64,000 bases of DNA, from contig NC_087437.1 in assembly GCF_036321535.1 (NCBI RefSeq), positions 28,212,001 through 28,276,000 on the forward strand. The letters are read 5' to 3'. How positions within the stretch are numbered: position 1 is the first letter of the stretch; the number at the start of each line of letters is the position of its first letter. This DNA comes from Camelus dromedarius. Lineage: Eukaryota. This document shows positions 12,875 through 26,483 of this stretch, in pieces. The notes beneath the pieces are model-generated. The model did not search any database. It saw only the letters and a program-made list of their open reading frames with translations, and had not been told where the DNA came from. Position numbers and translations under genes: made by a program.

Positions 12875-15639
12875 CACATACATAAATGTATCTCAAAAAT
12901 GTCTGGAGAATCAGTCTCCCAGATATTAATAGTGATTATATCATTGTGATGAGATTACAACTAATATTTAATGTTTATTTCTATTCTCTATTTTTCTTCT
13001 TTAACAAATTCATACTATATATATAATAAAGAAAATTTAAATGGAAAAATATGTGAGCAAAGAGGGGAATTCTGTTCATTGCCTATGAGTTAATTCTAAA
13101 ATATTTTAAAAAGAGAGGTCAAGGAAAATATCAAGAGGCAAGCTGTGTTTATTTTGCAATTGAGAGAAGGGGTAAAGGGAGATAAGAAGGAAATTAATGG
13201 AACAACCACACCTAAGAACCGTTCAAATATTTGGATAAGGACTACAATCTGTGAGAAGTTATTACATTCATGAATACATATTAAGATTTTAATACTAGGT
13301 TAACTTAAAAGATACTTTATTCTTCGAAGCTGAGTTTCTTTTTATAAGTCAAATGGATCTTTTGTATATTACCCTGGCCCAGGAGAGGGCAGACCACCAC
13401 ACATAAAGAAATTTAACTTGACCTTTTAAAGAAATAATGCCTGTGGCATGACCAAGTTCTTACAAAAGGAAATGGCAATTCATCCTCAAAATACACGTTG
13501 TTCTTTTCTCTCAGTATTTCCATTCCCGTTTGTAACCATCTTCAAACACAGTGCTCCTTTCTGAATAAATTATTACTGTAATAACTTTGGTGCCATGATT
13601 ATTCTTCCTAAAAGGTTTGCATTTATTCTTAGATTAGATCTTTTTTCCTACTTGGTAGTGGATTCCTTTTAAAATGAAAGTTTGCTGCTTCTTAAAAGGG
13701 AAACAAGAAAACAAAAAGAAAAATACTATAGAAATGAACTCGTCTTATACTTTTAAGTACACAATAAGATGAACACCAAAGTTGTTTATTTAAAAGAGAG
13801 AATGATGGTATGAATGTGAATAATCTATAGTCCACTGAAATTAAACTCCTTGTAGAGAAAAGTTTCTCCAAACTATGTAATAATTTCATATTATTAAATA
13901 TATACTTTAACATTTGAGACCATTTATTTCTTTTTAAAAATTTAACAGACAAATTTTCACCATGTTAAATTTTTTTGAAACTACCAAATGATTATTGAGT
14001 GTAGCACAGAAGAGAACTTGAATATGTGATAAAATGGTTAAAAAACTATATCGTATTATATTTTGGGTGCTTCACTAAGATTCACTAAGAATTCATCATA
14101 ATCTATTGTGTCCTTTTGCCATCTGTTTTAAGCTGTGTCTGAGGCCAAACCCTAAAGTACAAAATGTCAGGTTGATATTTAAAATAAGTTCAAGGTTTTA
14201 AAAGTTATCCAAAAACTATTTGCCTTCGCTTTTCTCTTTCTCTATTTAATGAGCTGATATTAAAATAACCTATCATTATTAAGATAAGGGCTTAAAACTT
14301 ACAAACAAATTAACAGAACTAAAGCCTGAAATTAGTAGGAATCCAAGGAGGAATGGCTTCCAGGACGTTTATTTTTCTGGAGTTTTATTTTAGTATCTAC
14401 TCTTCTGCCAGAGGACACTAAACTAGTAAATGAACAAATTATTCCGAAGACTTCAAGTTGCATTATGATAATTTTCAAAACAAAAAGAAAAAAATTTATA
14501 GGAACAAGTTAATATTCTCCTGAACCTCAAAGAGATTAGTGTTGACATAATTAGGTCAACATAAAGCTTTAAGTTAGTAATTACATTGACCAGAACTATT
14601 ATTTTCCAAAGATTGAATAAAAATGATTCTCACTCATTATATTCTAGAATTGTTCCTTATCTCCATTATTTATGTTGTATTAGACGTTTTTTAAAAATCT
14701 CATGTCCATATCATTTAGTGCTTGAAAAACAAACATTTCTAATTCTGAGATGGGAATGTTTTAAATAAACAGAATTAACTTTGAACTTCAGATAGGAAAA
14801 ATAAGCCTCAATTCAGCTATTCTCCACCTCTGGGTGTGGTTCAAAGTCACAAAAAAAGTACAGCCAGCTCAAAACCCTTGATTTACGACCTGTTTCATTG
14901 GGTTTTGGTGACTTACTTAAAGCGTAAAACAAATCCTTTCATTATCTTTTCATGTGGTTTGGTAACTTTAGCAATAAAAAGGGGGACATGTATACTAAGA
15001 TTCTCTGAAAATGCTCTTTTTAAAGTGGAAAAAAAGAAAGCTCAATATCTGGTTACCAAGATTTACAGCTGATGAAGTTAGCCAGTGTGAAAAGTTAGGC
15101 TTGTTATGCTTATTCATATATTGGGGAACTAGATGGCCTTCCTGCCTGCCCTGCCTCCATGGAGTTTAAAATATGTCACCTGTTCTAGATTTCTAGTCTT
15201 CCTGCATTTATCAGCAACAATTATACCATTTTAAATTTTGAAAACATCTCAAAGTTCCTTTCCCTCATTTTGTAGACAGGAAACTAATGTCCTGGAAGAA
15301 CACACAATTTCATTCTGTGGCCCGAACTGAGAACGTTTCATACTGAAAGCAGACACACTAACTCACAGCCATTTGTTTGGTAATAAAGAATTCAAGAACA
15401 CTCAGGATAAGCACCGTCACAAGGATGAATGATCAGACCATAGGAAGGCAGACATGGTTAAATAGTCCATTAGCCGTCTGGTTACCCGCAGGTCCCACCC
15501 ATGACCAGCCACATTCCCCGAGCCTGAGGCATGTCTTGTTCCTGGATGAAAGAGGAGCTGTGAGTCTAACCACTGAGCAAATTGTGGAGAAGGGCTATGC
15601 TTAGTTACCTGTATTGGAAGTTCTACCCAAGTGTTTTTA

Positions 15640-15920
15640 AATAGAACTATAATGAGTTACAAATAGAATTTTAAAATTCCTACTGGCTTCACTAAAAAAA
15701 GAGTAAAAAGTAAAAGTAGAAGGAAAAGGTGAAAATACATTTTAATATATATTTTGTTTAACCTATTACACCTAAAATATCATTATTTCAACATGTAATC
15801 ATTGTAAAAATTTTGGTGAAATATTTTATATTATTTTTTCCATATTGTCTTTAAAACCAGTGTGTATTTTGCACTCACAACTCATCTCAATTCAGACTAG
15901 AGGCTAGTGCTTTGAACAGT
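15640..15920. mobile_element. MER33-like hAT-Charlie DNA transposon
   Basis: 'aaaatatcattatttcaacatgtaatca...gtgtgtattttgcactcacaactcatctcaattcagactag'. Confidence 0.7.
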
Positions 15921-16049
15921 TTGAACACCAGCTCTCCTTCACTTACCTGCACAGGCTCTAAGTAAAAAGAACTAATTAAAGAATTATGAAATTCAAGAAT
16001 AGTTAAACATGCTAAATACAAGAAGGCTGATGGTCGGGTTTTAGGCCAC

Positions 16050-16312
16050 TGTGCACAGTAGTTACATGTGCCTAGGTCCTAAAGCCAGATTGCTTAGGTT
16101 CAAAACCTCTTTGTTCTGCGTTCATCAATTGTCCTTGGGCACCTAGTTCACCTTCTTGTGCTTTGGTTTCCTCATCTACACACTCGCAGGAATAGTATGT
16201 TACCTACCTTATAGGGTTACCGTGGGATTAAGTAAGTTGCTATGCCTAAAGCACACAGAAGAGTGCTGGAAGATTAAGTATTCTGCAGATGCTGGCAGTT
16301 AATATTATTATT
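16050..16312 (+). mobile_element. MIR SINE, near full length
   Basis: Core 'ggtttcctcatctaca...ataatagta/ttacctaccttatagggttaccgtgggattaagt'. Confidence 0.75.
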
Positions 16313-16324
16313 ACTTGTCTAGAA

Positions 16325-16452
16325 CAGTAATTTTCAAAGTGTGTTCTGTGGGCCATCAGCATCAGCGTTACTTGTAAACTTGTTACAAATGCAGAACTAC
16401 TGCCTGAGACTCTTCATTTCAGATATTCATATGCACATTAAAGTATGGGAAG
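16325..16452. mobile_element. MER5A-like DNA transposon, internally deleted
   Basis: 'cagtaattttcaaagtgtgttctgtgggccatcagcatcagcgttacttgtaaacttgttacaaatgcag'. Confidence 0.65.
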
Positions 16453-16499
16453 GAATGTCCTAGAAGAGAAATTATAAAAATGACAAATATGACTTCTGG

Positions 16500-17087
16500 T
16501 GTTGTGGAAAAACGTGTTACAGCTCAGTTGTGACAGCAACCTGGAACTAGGGGAGAGACCAAGCAGCACTAGTAGAGTTGGAGAACACAAGTTTATTTCG
16601 CCAGTAGGCCCAAAGGAGTTAACACTTCAAGCTCTGGACCCTGTCTGTAGGTTTACACAGGCCTTTTATAGGCTGCCAGTTTTACACTTTGCAACATTAT
16701 ATGCAAATAAAGTACAACAGAAGTTGACCAACCAGGCACAAGCTTTGTAGAAATAGACCAATCAGGAGTGAGCTCCGTGCAAATGAAGTACTACAAATGG
16801 ACCAATCAGAAGTTAGGGAAGTGGACCAATCAGAAGTGAGAGTAATAACCAATCAGGAGTGAGAGTAATAACCAATCAGAAGTGAGAGTAGTAACCAATC
16901 AGGAGTGAAGGAAATAACCAATCAGAAGTGAGCTCAGGGAACCAATAGAATTCTAGGTGTAAGTTAGCTGCTTTAGAGGCAAAAAGTGAGATAGAGCCTT
17001 TGGGCCAGGGAACCGGAAGGTGCTAAGAGGAGAGCAGCGACCCTGCCTAGGGGTCCTGCCGGTCTTTTTATGGGGCTTCCTGCCTCA
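16500..17087 (-). mobile_element. Solo ERV1-type LTR with tandem CCAAT array
   Basis: TG...CA termini (minus strand TGAGGCAGG...CCACAACA); 4-bp TSD ctgg at 16496-16499 and 17088-17091; minus-strand TATA (cctataaaa, ~16664-16672) and AATAAA (~16593-16598). Confidence 0.85.
16801..16948. repeat. 23-24 bp tandem repeat (ACCAATCAGRAGTGAGAGTAATA)
   Basis: ACCAAT at 16801, 16825, 16848, 16871, 16894, 16917 and 16941; an eighth copy at 16757. Confidence 0.95.
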
Positions 17088-17132
17088 CTGGGAATTGCAG
17101 TTAATGCTGCAAATTGCAAAGAGGAAAACTGG

Positions 17133-17625
17133 TTTATTAGTCAGGGTTCTCCAGAGAATCAGAACCAATAGGAGAGAGAGATTGATTTATTAAAAGGTAT
17201 TGGCTCACGTGGGTGATTGTGGAAGCTGAGAAGTCCCACAGTCTGTCCTCTGCAAGCTGGAGACCCAGGAAAGCCAGTGGTGTAATTTATACGTCTGAAA
17301 TCCCGAGAGCCAATGGTGTAGATTCCAGTCTAGGTATGAAGGCCTAAGAACCAGGAGGACCAGGGGCAGAAGACTGATGTCCCAGATCAAGCAGTCAAGC
17401 AGAGACAGAGACAGAGAGAAAGAGAGCATATCCATCCTTTTCCCACTATTTTTTTCTACTTAGGCCTTCCCACATGGGGAGATCAATCTGCTTTACTCAG
17501 TCTACCAATTCAAATGCTAATCTCTCCTTGAAACACCGTCACAGATAACATCCAGAAACAATGTTTAACCAGATATCTGGACATCCTGTGATCTGGTCAA
17601 GGTGACACATATATTAACTGTCACA
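17133..17625 (-). mobile_element. MLT2-type ERVL solo LTR
   Basis: 'tattagtcagggttctccagagaa...gcaagctggagacccaggaaagccagtgg...gtcaaggtgacacatatattaactgtcaca'. Confidence 0.9.
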
Positions 17626-18069
17626 CTGGGAAAAACAGATTAAGCAACTGGGGAGCTATAAAAATATCAAAATACGCAAAGAAAATTTGGCGTAGAGACA
17701 AAGTAAAAACCCAAGGAATTCTGACTTTGACATTCAACTTCCTTTTTAATGATTCATCACCACCAGAAAGATGGATCATTGTGGTAGAAGAAATCAAAGG
17801 TAGAAATAGATGTCACGTGACAGGGTCTTCCTGTGTCTTACAGCCCTCACTGGCTGACAGCTCACATATGCAGAGGAATTAGGTAGAGCCTCTTAACAGC
17901 CCAGTGAAGATGTTAAATCAGTTGATTTCCCCTCATTTGATAAATGAAGAGGCTGAGACCTGGAGAAATCATGACTTTCTTACATTACAGAGAATTAAAT
18001 GCAGATCTAAAATTGGCATGACTAAAATTTTCCCAATCAAGTCTTCGTATCATAGAAGTTTATTACCGG

Positions 18070-18306
18070 TAGCAGCTGACATTGCTGGGTGCCATTATTG
18101 TACCTGGAGACTTGACACATGTTAACTCAATCAATCATAACAACCCTATGAGGCAGGTGTTATTATTACTTATTTCATAAGTGAAGAAATTGATGAACAG
18201 ATGGGATAAATTACTTGCCCACATTCCCAAAGCTAAGAAGTCACTGAGTGCAGCTTGAACTCAGGCAGTTTGGCTCCTGAAACTATTAACCGCTATGCCA
18301 TACTGC
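18070..18306 (-). mobile_element. MIR SINE
   Basis: 'cataacaaccctatgaggcaggtgttattatt...gtgaagaaattga...ttgaactcaggcagtttggctcc'. Confidence 0.8.
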
Positions 18307-21103
18307 TTACTTGTTAGTTGGGACAGAGGGTTGGTGGAGTACAGAAAACCTCGCTGTTAAACAAGGAGTTGAACAATAAATTTCCAGACAGTCCCTGACT
18401 CTATAAAATACTTTATTTGAGATTTTTAAAAATCCCAATATATTTTTAACACATAGCTCTCTCAGAAAATATCTACTGTGTGAAGCAGTATTTGGTAAAT
18501 TGGCTATTAATGTTAACATTGTGTAGAAAAATGAATATTTAAAAAGTGAATCTTTGTAAAGCATTACAGATATGATTGAAGAATCTCAAGTCTATCTCAA
18601 ATCACTAATAATAATGTTTATTTTGTTAAGCCCTCATCCCCAGGGGCTAGGTGTACTAGGGGTGAGTAATGATAAAAATTAACTTCCTGCTAGCAGGTTT
18701 TCAGGCCATTCTGATATGTTCAGTCCAGTTCAGTGACTTCAAGACCAAATGCTTTATTAAAATCTAAATCTCCTTCTGTGTACTTAATCAATCATACTAA
18801 ATTTTATTATTCTCTATGCCAGCAACTGCGCTAGTGGTAAGGGGGAGGTGGTAAGGAAGAAGGTTGTTTAACTTAGGTCTGGCGCATCCTTGTTAGTAGC
18901 AGTAGGGTTTACAGCCCTCTTCTTCTGCTCACCACAGCTGACCTTGGATGCCACAGTGTGATCAGTGCTCAAATACTAGTCCTTTTATAAGCCCTATGCA
19001 TTTGCTGATTTTTGAAGTCCTCCACTGATAGTTTTCCTGATGTGCTTGATACTGCAAGCTTCTTCCTCCCTCTCACTCTCCAGTGGGTGGTTCACCCCAC
19101 TGACTCTTGATGCTGGGTTATTCTCACTGCTCCTGTGGACAGTCATCTTGTGGTACCTGCAGGGTGCCTAAAGCCCCAGTTGCCTTGGGCACTCTCTACC
19201 CACAGGATCTCAAAAATCTATGCCCCTTCAACCCATGGGTCTACAGATTGATCCAGCTTTCTGCCTTCTCCCTACCCAACTTTTGTGTAACCTGCAACAT
19301 CAACACAATTTCTGGTGTAGGGCTAAGTAGCTTTCACATTTAAAAAAAAAAAAAGTCATTCATTCCAGATCTAGTTGTGGAACAGATCCTGCACCATAAG
19401 TGTATAGGAAACAGAGAAACGGTGCATGCGTTCCCAGACTCCATGAGTGAAGATAGGAAGGGATAGTTGTGCCCTCTTGAGCTCTGTGCACCCCTAATTT
19501 TTGCTGTCTCTCTCCTTTTGCTGTCTCTTCTTTTTAGTATAGTTGCCATTCCAGCACTGCTTGTTTTAGCAAAATTTAATCCTGGAGTCTAAAGCCTTTT
19601 GTTTTTAGCCTTGAACTGTTTTCAGAAAAAGCCTACACTAGAACCATGAGCCCCAGCAGATCAGAAAAAGGTCTCAATAATCTTCACTTTCTCCCATTAT
19701 CATAGCAAATACCCAAATCATAAAGAATTAAAAATCTAGAAATTTAAACATAAATTAAGGGGAAAGGATTTTATTTTTCAATAATAAATACTGAATTAAT
19801 AGGTACAAATACTGATAAATGACATTAACACTATGCCAAGAGCCAAATGCTTTATTCAGCTGATTAAGGATTCCAGTAATAAAACTGAAAAATAAAACTG
19901 ATACTTGCTTGGATCTATCTAATCTAATCTAATAGTTGCTCTAATCTTTTGTTTCACAAGGATTTGGAGAGAAAGGATAGAACTTCTAAAGCCAACCAGC
20001 TACTATCATTATCAACTTTAGAGATTATTGTTGTTATTACCTCCATTTTATAGATGAGGAATGTGAGGCTTAGAAGCAGTGTTCTTGCCCAAAGTTCTAT
20101 GAAAAGCAGAATCTCTTGAATTATGACAACAATTGAAAGAAGCATCCTGATATTGGTTCATATTAAAAATACCCATGGTATTTATACAATCTCAATTTCA
20201 AATTAAAAGATCTTCGTTCTTCAGTACTTTTACCAAAATTAGGTGACTGTTGTGTAAGAGCAGCAATAGATCCAGCTACTCATGTATGTCTATGTTGTCA
20301 AAGGTCAATACCAAAAAAAGACGAAATCCCAAATAAAAATGGGAAGAAGCCAAGTTGGTTAAATTTCACAGAAGAAAACAAGCAGATTCCCTTGGTGCAA
20401 AGATATTTGGCAGACTTCTGACGCATGGCTGCATCTCCTTTCCATTTCTCTCACTTCATCCTCTGACATTTAGCCTTATAAACACCTGAGCAAGTGTTTG
20501 AGCATTAAATTATAAATTGTAAATCCATTCACGAGATCAAAGCAGAGATTATCTTAATATAACAGAATGACATCCAAACTTTTCAAGGTCTGGCTGTACA
20601 CGCCACACTGAATCTCCCAGAATAAGTGCTGGCCAGCCTAGAAGTAGAGAAGAAGGAGAAGAGTAAGGGTGGGGACGCGTGGGAAAGAGGGAGGGAAAGG
20701 GGGAGAGGAGAGAGAAGTCGTTGGCTTTGCCCAACCATATGTGGTCCAAGGGAAAGGCTGTCTTCCAGGCCAACTGTGCCGTAGTCCATCTGACAGCAAT
20801 CTCTCTAGTGAAGGCTGATTCCCTAGTCAGAAAAAAAGCCCATACTCTGTCTTTTGTAATTTACTTAAATGGAGAAAACAAATAGGACAATATCCTGTCC
20901 TGTCATTGTCCTGTGTACCCAGTAGATGTAGTTCTGATCACACTAATTAATAGCTTTCTGGTTTGTATGCCTCAGACTCTTGTGAAGTAGGTGCGGTGAG
21001 TAACCGATTCCTCTGGTCATGCTAAATTGTTACCAGTATCAGGGCTGGAATCAGGACCGTGGTAAACTCTTCCTTCTTTTCAAACTTAGGCTGATCCTGC
21101 ACA

Positions 21104-21268
21104 AGTGGTTCCTAATTTTTAATTCAAGGTCCCCTTTAGAAATCCGATGAAAACTAGAAGTACACGTATGCATAGACACCAAAAAACAAAACAAAACAAA
21201 ACCCTACCATTTCAAGGGATTCGTAGAACTTTAACCTTATCCATGGAATCTCACTTAACAACTTTCCT
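21104..21268. mobile_element. MER117-like hAT DNA transposon
   Basis: 'cccctttagaaatccgatgaaaacta...atttcaagggattcgtagaac...atccatgga'. Confidence 0.5.
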
Positions 21269-21369
21269 CCTCAAGAGACCTGCAGTCTGATTTAGTAAAA
21301 GATAATAGAAAAAATTATTCATAGAATAATTACAGAATACTATATCGCTTACACACACGTGTTAATACA

Positions 21370-21370
<1 letters not shown>

Positions 21371-21420
<50 letters not shown>
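21371..21420. repeat. (CA)25 microsatellite
   Basis: Directly visible, uninterrupted. Confidence 0.97.
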
Positions 21421-21423
<3 letters not shown>

Positions 21424-22758
21424 AAATTCCACTCTATGGAGGAAACTGGAGGTCCCTTTTATTTAGATAAGCATAGTGATGGTTTCGGGGTGTAAGCTCG
21501 AAGATAGAGATGAACTGCCCTACCCAGTAAAGGAAGGAAAAATGTGAACTGCTAGAGGAGATATCTGGGAGGAAGAATCTCGAGGCTATTGGACTCTGTG
21601 AAGAAAACAGAAAAACAGAATCGTGGTAGCACGAGGGCAGAGAAGGTCTGGAGCAGAGACAGGTCCTTGGCAGGATGAGCTAAGTTAGGCTGAGGCAGCA
21701 CACAACCTCACACCTCAGGGCTTTTAGAGCCTTAACACAATGAAGGTCCCCACAAATCACCCCATGGGCCTGGGCAGCTATCCAGTCAATTGCTGTGGTG
21801 ACTCAGCAAACCAGTCCACTTCCATCTTTTGTCTCTGCCCTCAAAACCTAAGGGTTTCTCATGATTGTTGTACCTGGGGAAGAGAGAGTCCAGGGTCTCC
21901 TATTTGTGATAAACACATTTCACTTCTTTATAGCTTCTTGACTGAAACCAGTCACGAGATCTCACTAAATGCAAGGGGACTGGGATGTAAATATTTCCAA
22001 ATGTCCAAAGTGAGAGGAAAACCTGATACTAGAGTGTTCCAAAAATGTCTACTACATGGCTTGTCTAATAGAAGAAACCTAGTTTGTTAGCTGGGGGTGT
22101 CCATTGTTAAGTTTCTCATCAGTCTCCTCTATGGAATTCTCAATAAAATATGTACTCTTCTCATTCTTCACAGGGACTCAAAGATATACCGAGCTCTGAT
22201 ATCAGTGGGGCACAAAACAGGTACAGAAAGCCCCATCCTGTAGGTACAGAGTATTGACGACAGAGCGCAGTGAGACAGGCAGCTTCCAAGGTAAGAACTG
22301 CCTGGCTTCCAACCCAGGCTACATTCTACAGTTCTGAGAAAGGTAAGTGACTTGCTCTTCTGCAAAATGAGTTAGCTGGATTTGATCACTCTAGTGTTAA
22401 ACTGTACAGTTCTGGCAATAGATGCAAAAGCAATTAAAGAAGAGAGAAATCAATTTAAGGATAAAATTATTTTTGGCAGGTAACCTCATTTTTTAGCTTA
22501 TCTGACCAATCTGTTACTATGTCTGATGATCACTTCTATTAATTAGGTTTTATTAGGTAAGATATATCAAAAAATCTAATTTTGCCCTTAAATTATAACG
22601 CTCAGCATAAAAAATAATCTTTGGTCAAATCAAATGGGATAAGATATTGACTTTGAGTACATTTTGTTATCCAAAAACACATACTAAGATGGGTAGAATT
22701 TGGCACAATATATTTCTCTCAACATTTGGTGGATGGATGCATTTAGGATAACTGTATA

Positions 22759-22865
22759 AAAGGCGATCATACGTCAAGGTCTGTCTGGGATAGTCTCAAC
22801 AAAATTATGAATAGCTCCTCATTTTATTCCCAAGAGTTTGACTTTGAACAGTAAGTTATATTGCA
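22759..22865. mobile_element. MER81-like hAT-Blackjack element
   Basis: 'aggcgatcatacgtcaaggtctgtctgggatagtctc...aattatgaatagctcctcattttattcccaagagt'. Confidence 0.5.
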
Positions 22866-25819
22866 TCTGGTGTATATGTCATGATTTTCAGCAAAAGATT
22901 TTTGTGTGCCCACAGCACCAGAACCCTTATTTGCTGCTGTTATAGTCAGACCCCAGATTAACCTAAACCGAATACTGAGGGACACTTACAAGTCATGTAA
23001 AATATTTATCTATCTTTTATCTCTCTATTGTTCACTCTAGATAGGTCATTTTCCATGTTGACATCAGCAACTAAAGTAATCCAAGGAGTGACTGTTTTCT
23101 CCTGGATCCTTGACGAGAGGAAATCCTCCATGTGAAGTGAACAGTCATTTCTGATTTCTCCAGGGCCAGCAGAAGCCAGTAATAACAAGGGTTATCCTGT
23201 TCCATTTCAACATTAGTCTGAACAAAATGCCCGGTACATAGAGCACTGAGAAACACGAACACAGCCTGTACGTTTTTTTTTTTTTTTTTTTTGGTCCTCT
23301 GTTATGGAGGAGCTTATACTGTCCCTCAGAATAACACTTTTCTAACTCAAAATGAAAAAAGAAAAAAGAAAAAAAGGTTACACTACCCTCATCAAAGTCT
23401 AATATGGATCTCCCAATGACATTCTTATACTTGCTATTTAAAAAGAGTAATTTTAAGTTTGTTTTAGAAGAGTAACCGCCCCTTTTTTTGGTTTAAAAAT
23501 TCAATTCATTTTATACTTCTCTAATGTTGACTATTTTTTCCCATGGTGCTAATTACCTTGTACTCCTCTAATTCACTCTGCTCCTCAAGGATTGACAATT
23601 AGGTGAAGTGAGACCACCAAATGTTAGTGATAACAACTTTAAACTGATGGCAAACTAGTATTGCCAACAGTAAAAATTTGTATCACCTCTATATTTTGCT
23701 CCCCTAAATCTCATGGGTTAGACCTGCAGGATTCTACAGATATTGACATCTGGTCTCCCTCCCAGACTCTTGGTTGCTTTATTTCATAGCTACATGGGTT
23801 ACTTATTTTAGCATGAGCCTAATATAATGGTCAAAAAAGGTAGTGATGTTTCAGTTATACCCTTAAGTCAATAAAAATCTAAGGTGGGGGCAACTATTAG
23901 CCACTCAGTAAATTTCACAATAATTCAAAAGCAAAATTGCCCTAGTTGGTTTTTTTTAATATCATACATTGCTGATGATTTTCTGTACAGTATGGAAAAG
24001 CTTCATTTACAGACCTTTAAGTTAGAGTTTGATACACTTCTGTTTAATACTGAGTTTGTTCCACGTGGATCATGAAGGTTTCTAAGCTAAGTACCACTGA
24101 ATGCAGGAAAAGGTACAGTGATTCCAGGAGGAAAGCCATGGGCAGTTTTCAGAGGCATGAAAGGACTTGGGCTTCCTCCTTCCCTGACTCCCAAAGTCAA
24201 TAGATACAAAAGGTAGAAGGGAGCCTGAGACATTTGTAATTAATTGGGCAGTTGGTGGTAGGTCTGTTATTCCAGACAGCACATTATTTTATCTATAAAT
24301 ATTTGTCTATATCTCTAAAAAAAGAGAATTCTTTTAAACTTAACCACAATTTCATAATTATACCTTAAAAATGACAATACTTTGTAAAGTCTATCAAACT
24401 TCCTAATAGACTCATTAAAATTTTTAATTTTTAGGTTAATTTTTTGAAATCCAAGTAAGGATCTTACAGTGCAATTAAGCAGTGTCGTATAAATTAAATC
24501 TCTCTCTCTCTCCTTGCGAATTATTTGTTAATAAAAAGGAAGTTATTCACATTCTGTAGAGGATCTTACACTCCAAATTTTGTTAATTGCATTCTGTGGT
24601 GTCGTTTAACATGCTCATCAACTTAATATTTAACATTCATCAACTCTTTGGTTAAAATTAGGTACAATTTACATAGAAAAGGTGGCTAAATGCTTGTTTA
24701 GTCCTTTTATTTATCTGCTTATGATCATGTTTTAGGAACTGAAATTGACCCCCAAATTCCTTATTCTCAGTCCAGGGTTCTTCCTAACACACCTGCAGGC
24801 ATCCATTAGCTTGTACTTACCTCTTATTCATTGTTTGGACTTCATACATAGAGTGACTCTGGGCAGTATCTTAAAGAATATAATTTAAGGGAGAGAATAG
24901 AATTGTATGCTGAGCCATCATAAAACAGTTCTTCACACTGGGACATAATGAGTTAACAGTGAAAAACTCCCAATGACCCTGTCAATGATTTCTCCTCGCC
25001 TTACAATAAGGTACTGAGCTACACCCAGTAGCAGTCTGAGTAACACTCCTGAAAAGAGTGTGTTGCTCACAGTAATATTAGCTGTTTAACTCTGGTGCAT
25101 TTTTTTCTAGACATTATTTCATAAAATATGAACTCCTCAGTTAATGAGTTTGTGTTTTGTTCTGACAATTTCTTTCTAAAATATGCCTGCAGAAAAATAG
25201 AGCTGAGGCTCTCAGGCTCCAGGACTTGGACATAACATAGTTCACATGTGAAAATCTCTGATTAAAGTCTATAAATTCTAGTAGAGGTTGATTTTATGAT
25301 TTAAAGACAGATCTTATTTATGTCCTAGCTACACAAGTGGGAGTAAACCAATACTTGTCTTTGCTGTTAACTGCTTATTTGTTTTGCTAACTTGTTTGTT
25401 TTAAATTTTGTCAGTATATTAACCCTGTAGAAGTTTGAAAAAAAAAGAGCTTGGAATTTATACAATTAATATTGTCTATGGATAACCACAGGGATATTGA
25501 AACTTTTGAAATATATTTTGGAAAGCTCTCACTTGGCCTCAGCCATGTTAATCAACAAAACTAAACTAATACTATCCTAGTCCTTTTCAGTTGCTGTTTC
25601 CTTGACAAAATTACAGGATCCTGTGTTGAACGACCTGAGTTCTGGCCCTGGTGTTTACTAACTCTGGGACTATGAGAAGGTTACTTTTACTCATGATACT
25701 GTTGGGAGACAGTTGTCCTGAGTTTCTGTGTGTCTTGTGAGTAGAGGCACTAGTGGCCTTTGTTGGGCCTTGAAAAGATGACCTTTCCAAGTACATTTGC
25801 AAACAGCCTTGGAAGTTAG

Positions 25820-25954
25820 TCTTTTTTTTTTTTTTTCTTTCGGTGGGGTTGGGTAATTAGGTTTATTTATTCTTAAAGGAGGTACTAGGGATTGAACCCA
25901 GGACCTCATGCATGTTAAAGCATGTGCTCTACCACTTGAGCTATACCCTTCCCG
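25820..25954 (-). mobile_element. vic-1-type SINE
   Basis: Reverse complement GGGAAGGGTATAGCTCAAGTGGTAGAGCACATGC...GGGTTCAATCCCTAGTACCTCC plus poly(A); perfect 15-bp TSD agccttggaagttag at 25805-25819 and 25955-25969. Confidence 0.95.
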
Positions 25955-26070
25955 AGCCTTGGAAGTTAGGAGAGTCTTCCCCTAGAGCAGAGGGTAAGTT
26001 TGTCTATTCTCCAGTATGACGTTGTTATCCTCTGGGCAAAAGTTGGGCAGGCTGCTGTGCAACCCATTCT

Positions 26071-26483
26071 AATTTTTTTTTTTTATTGAAGTGTAGTCAG
26101 TTTATAATGTGTCAATTTCTGGTGTGCAGCATGTTTCAGTCGTACATATACATACATATATTCCTTTTCACATTCTTTTTCATTATAGGATATTAAATAT
26201 ATTTCCCTATGCTATACAGTATAAGCATGTTGTTTATCTATTTTATATGTAGCAATTAGTATCTGCAAATCTCAAACTCCCAATTTATCCCTTCCCACTC
26301 CCTTCCCCCCACCCTGCCCCCACCGGTAACCATAAGTTTGTTTTCTATGTCTGTGTGTCTTCTGTTTGGTAAATAAGTTCATTTGTGTCTTTTTTAAAAA
26401 AATTCCACATATAGGGGATACCATATGGTATTTTCTTTTTCTGGCTTACTTCACTTAGAATGATGATCTCCAGGTCCATCCAG
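26071..26483 (-). mobile_element. Young L1 3' end
   Basis: Poly(T), L1 3'UTR, and ORF2 C-terminal remnant 'WMDLEIIILSEVSQ'; TSD gct(g/c)tgcaacccatt(c/a)t at 26054-26070 and 26484-26500. Confidence 0.92.

Noticed and set aside
16757..16948. Regularly spaced repeat resembling a CRISPR array
   Set aside because: Head-to-tail 23-bp tandem units with no unique spacers, inside an LTR in mammalian DNA; no cas genes.
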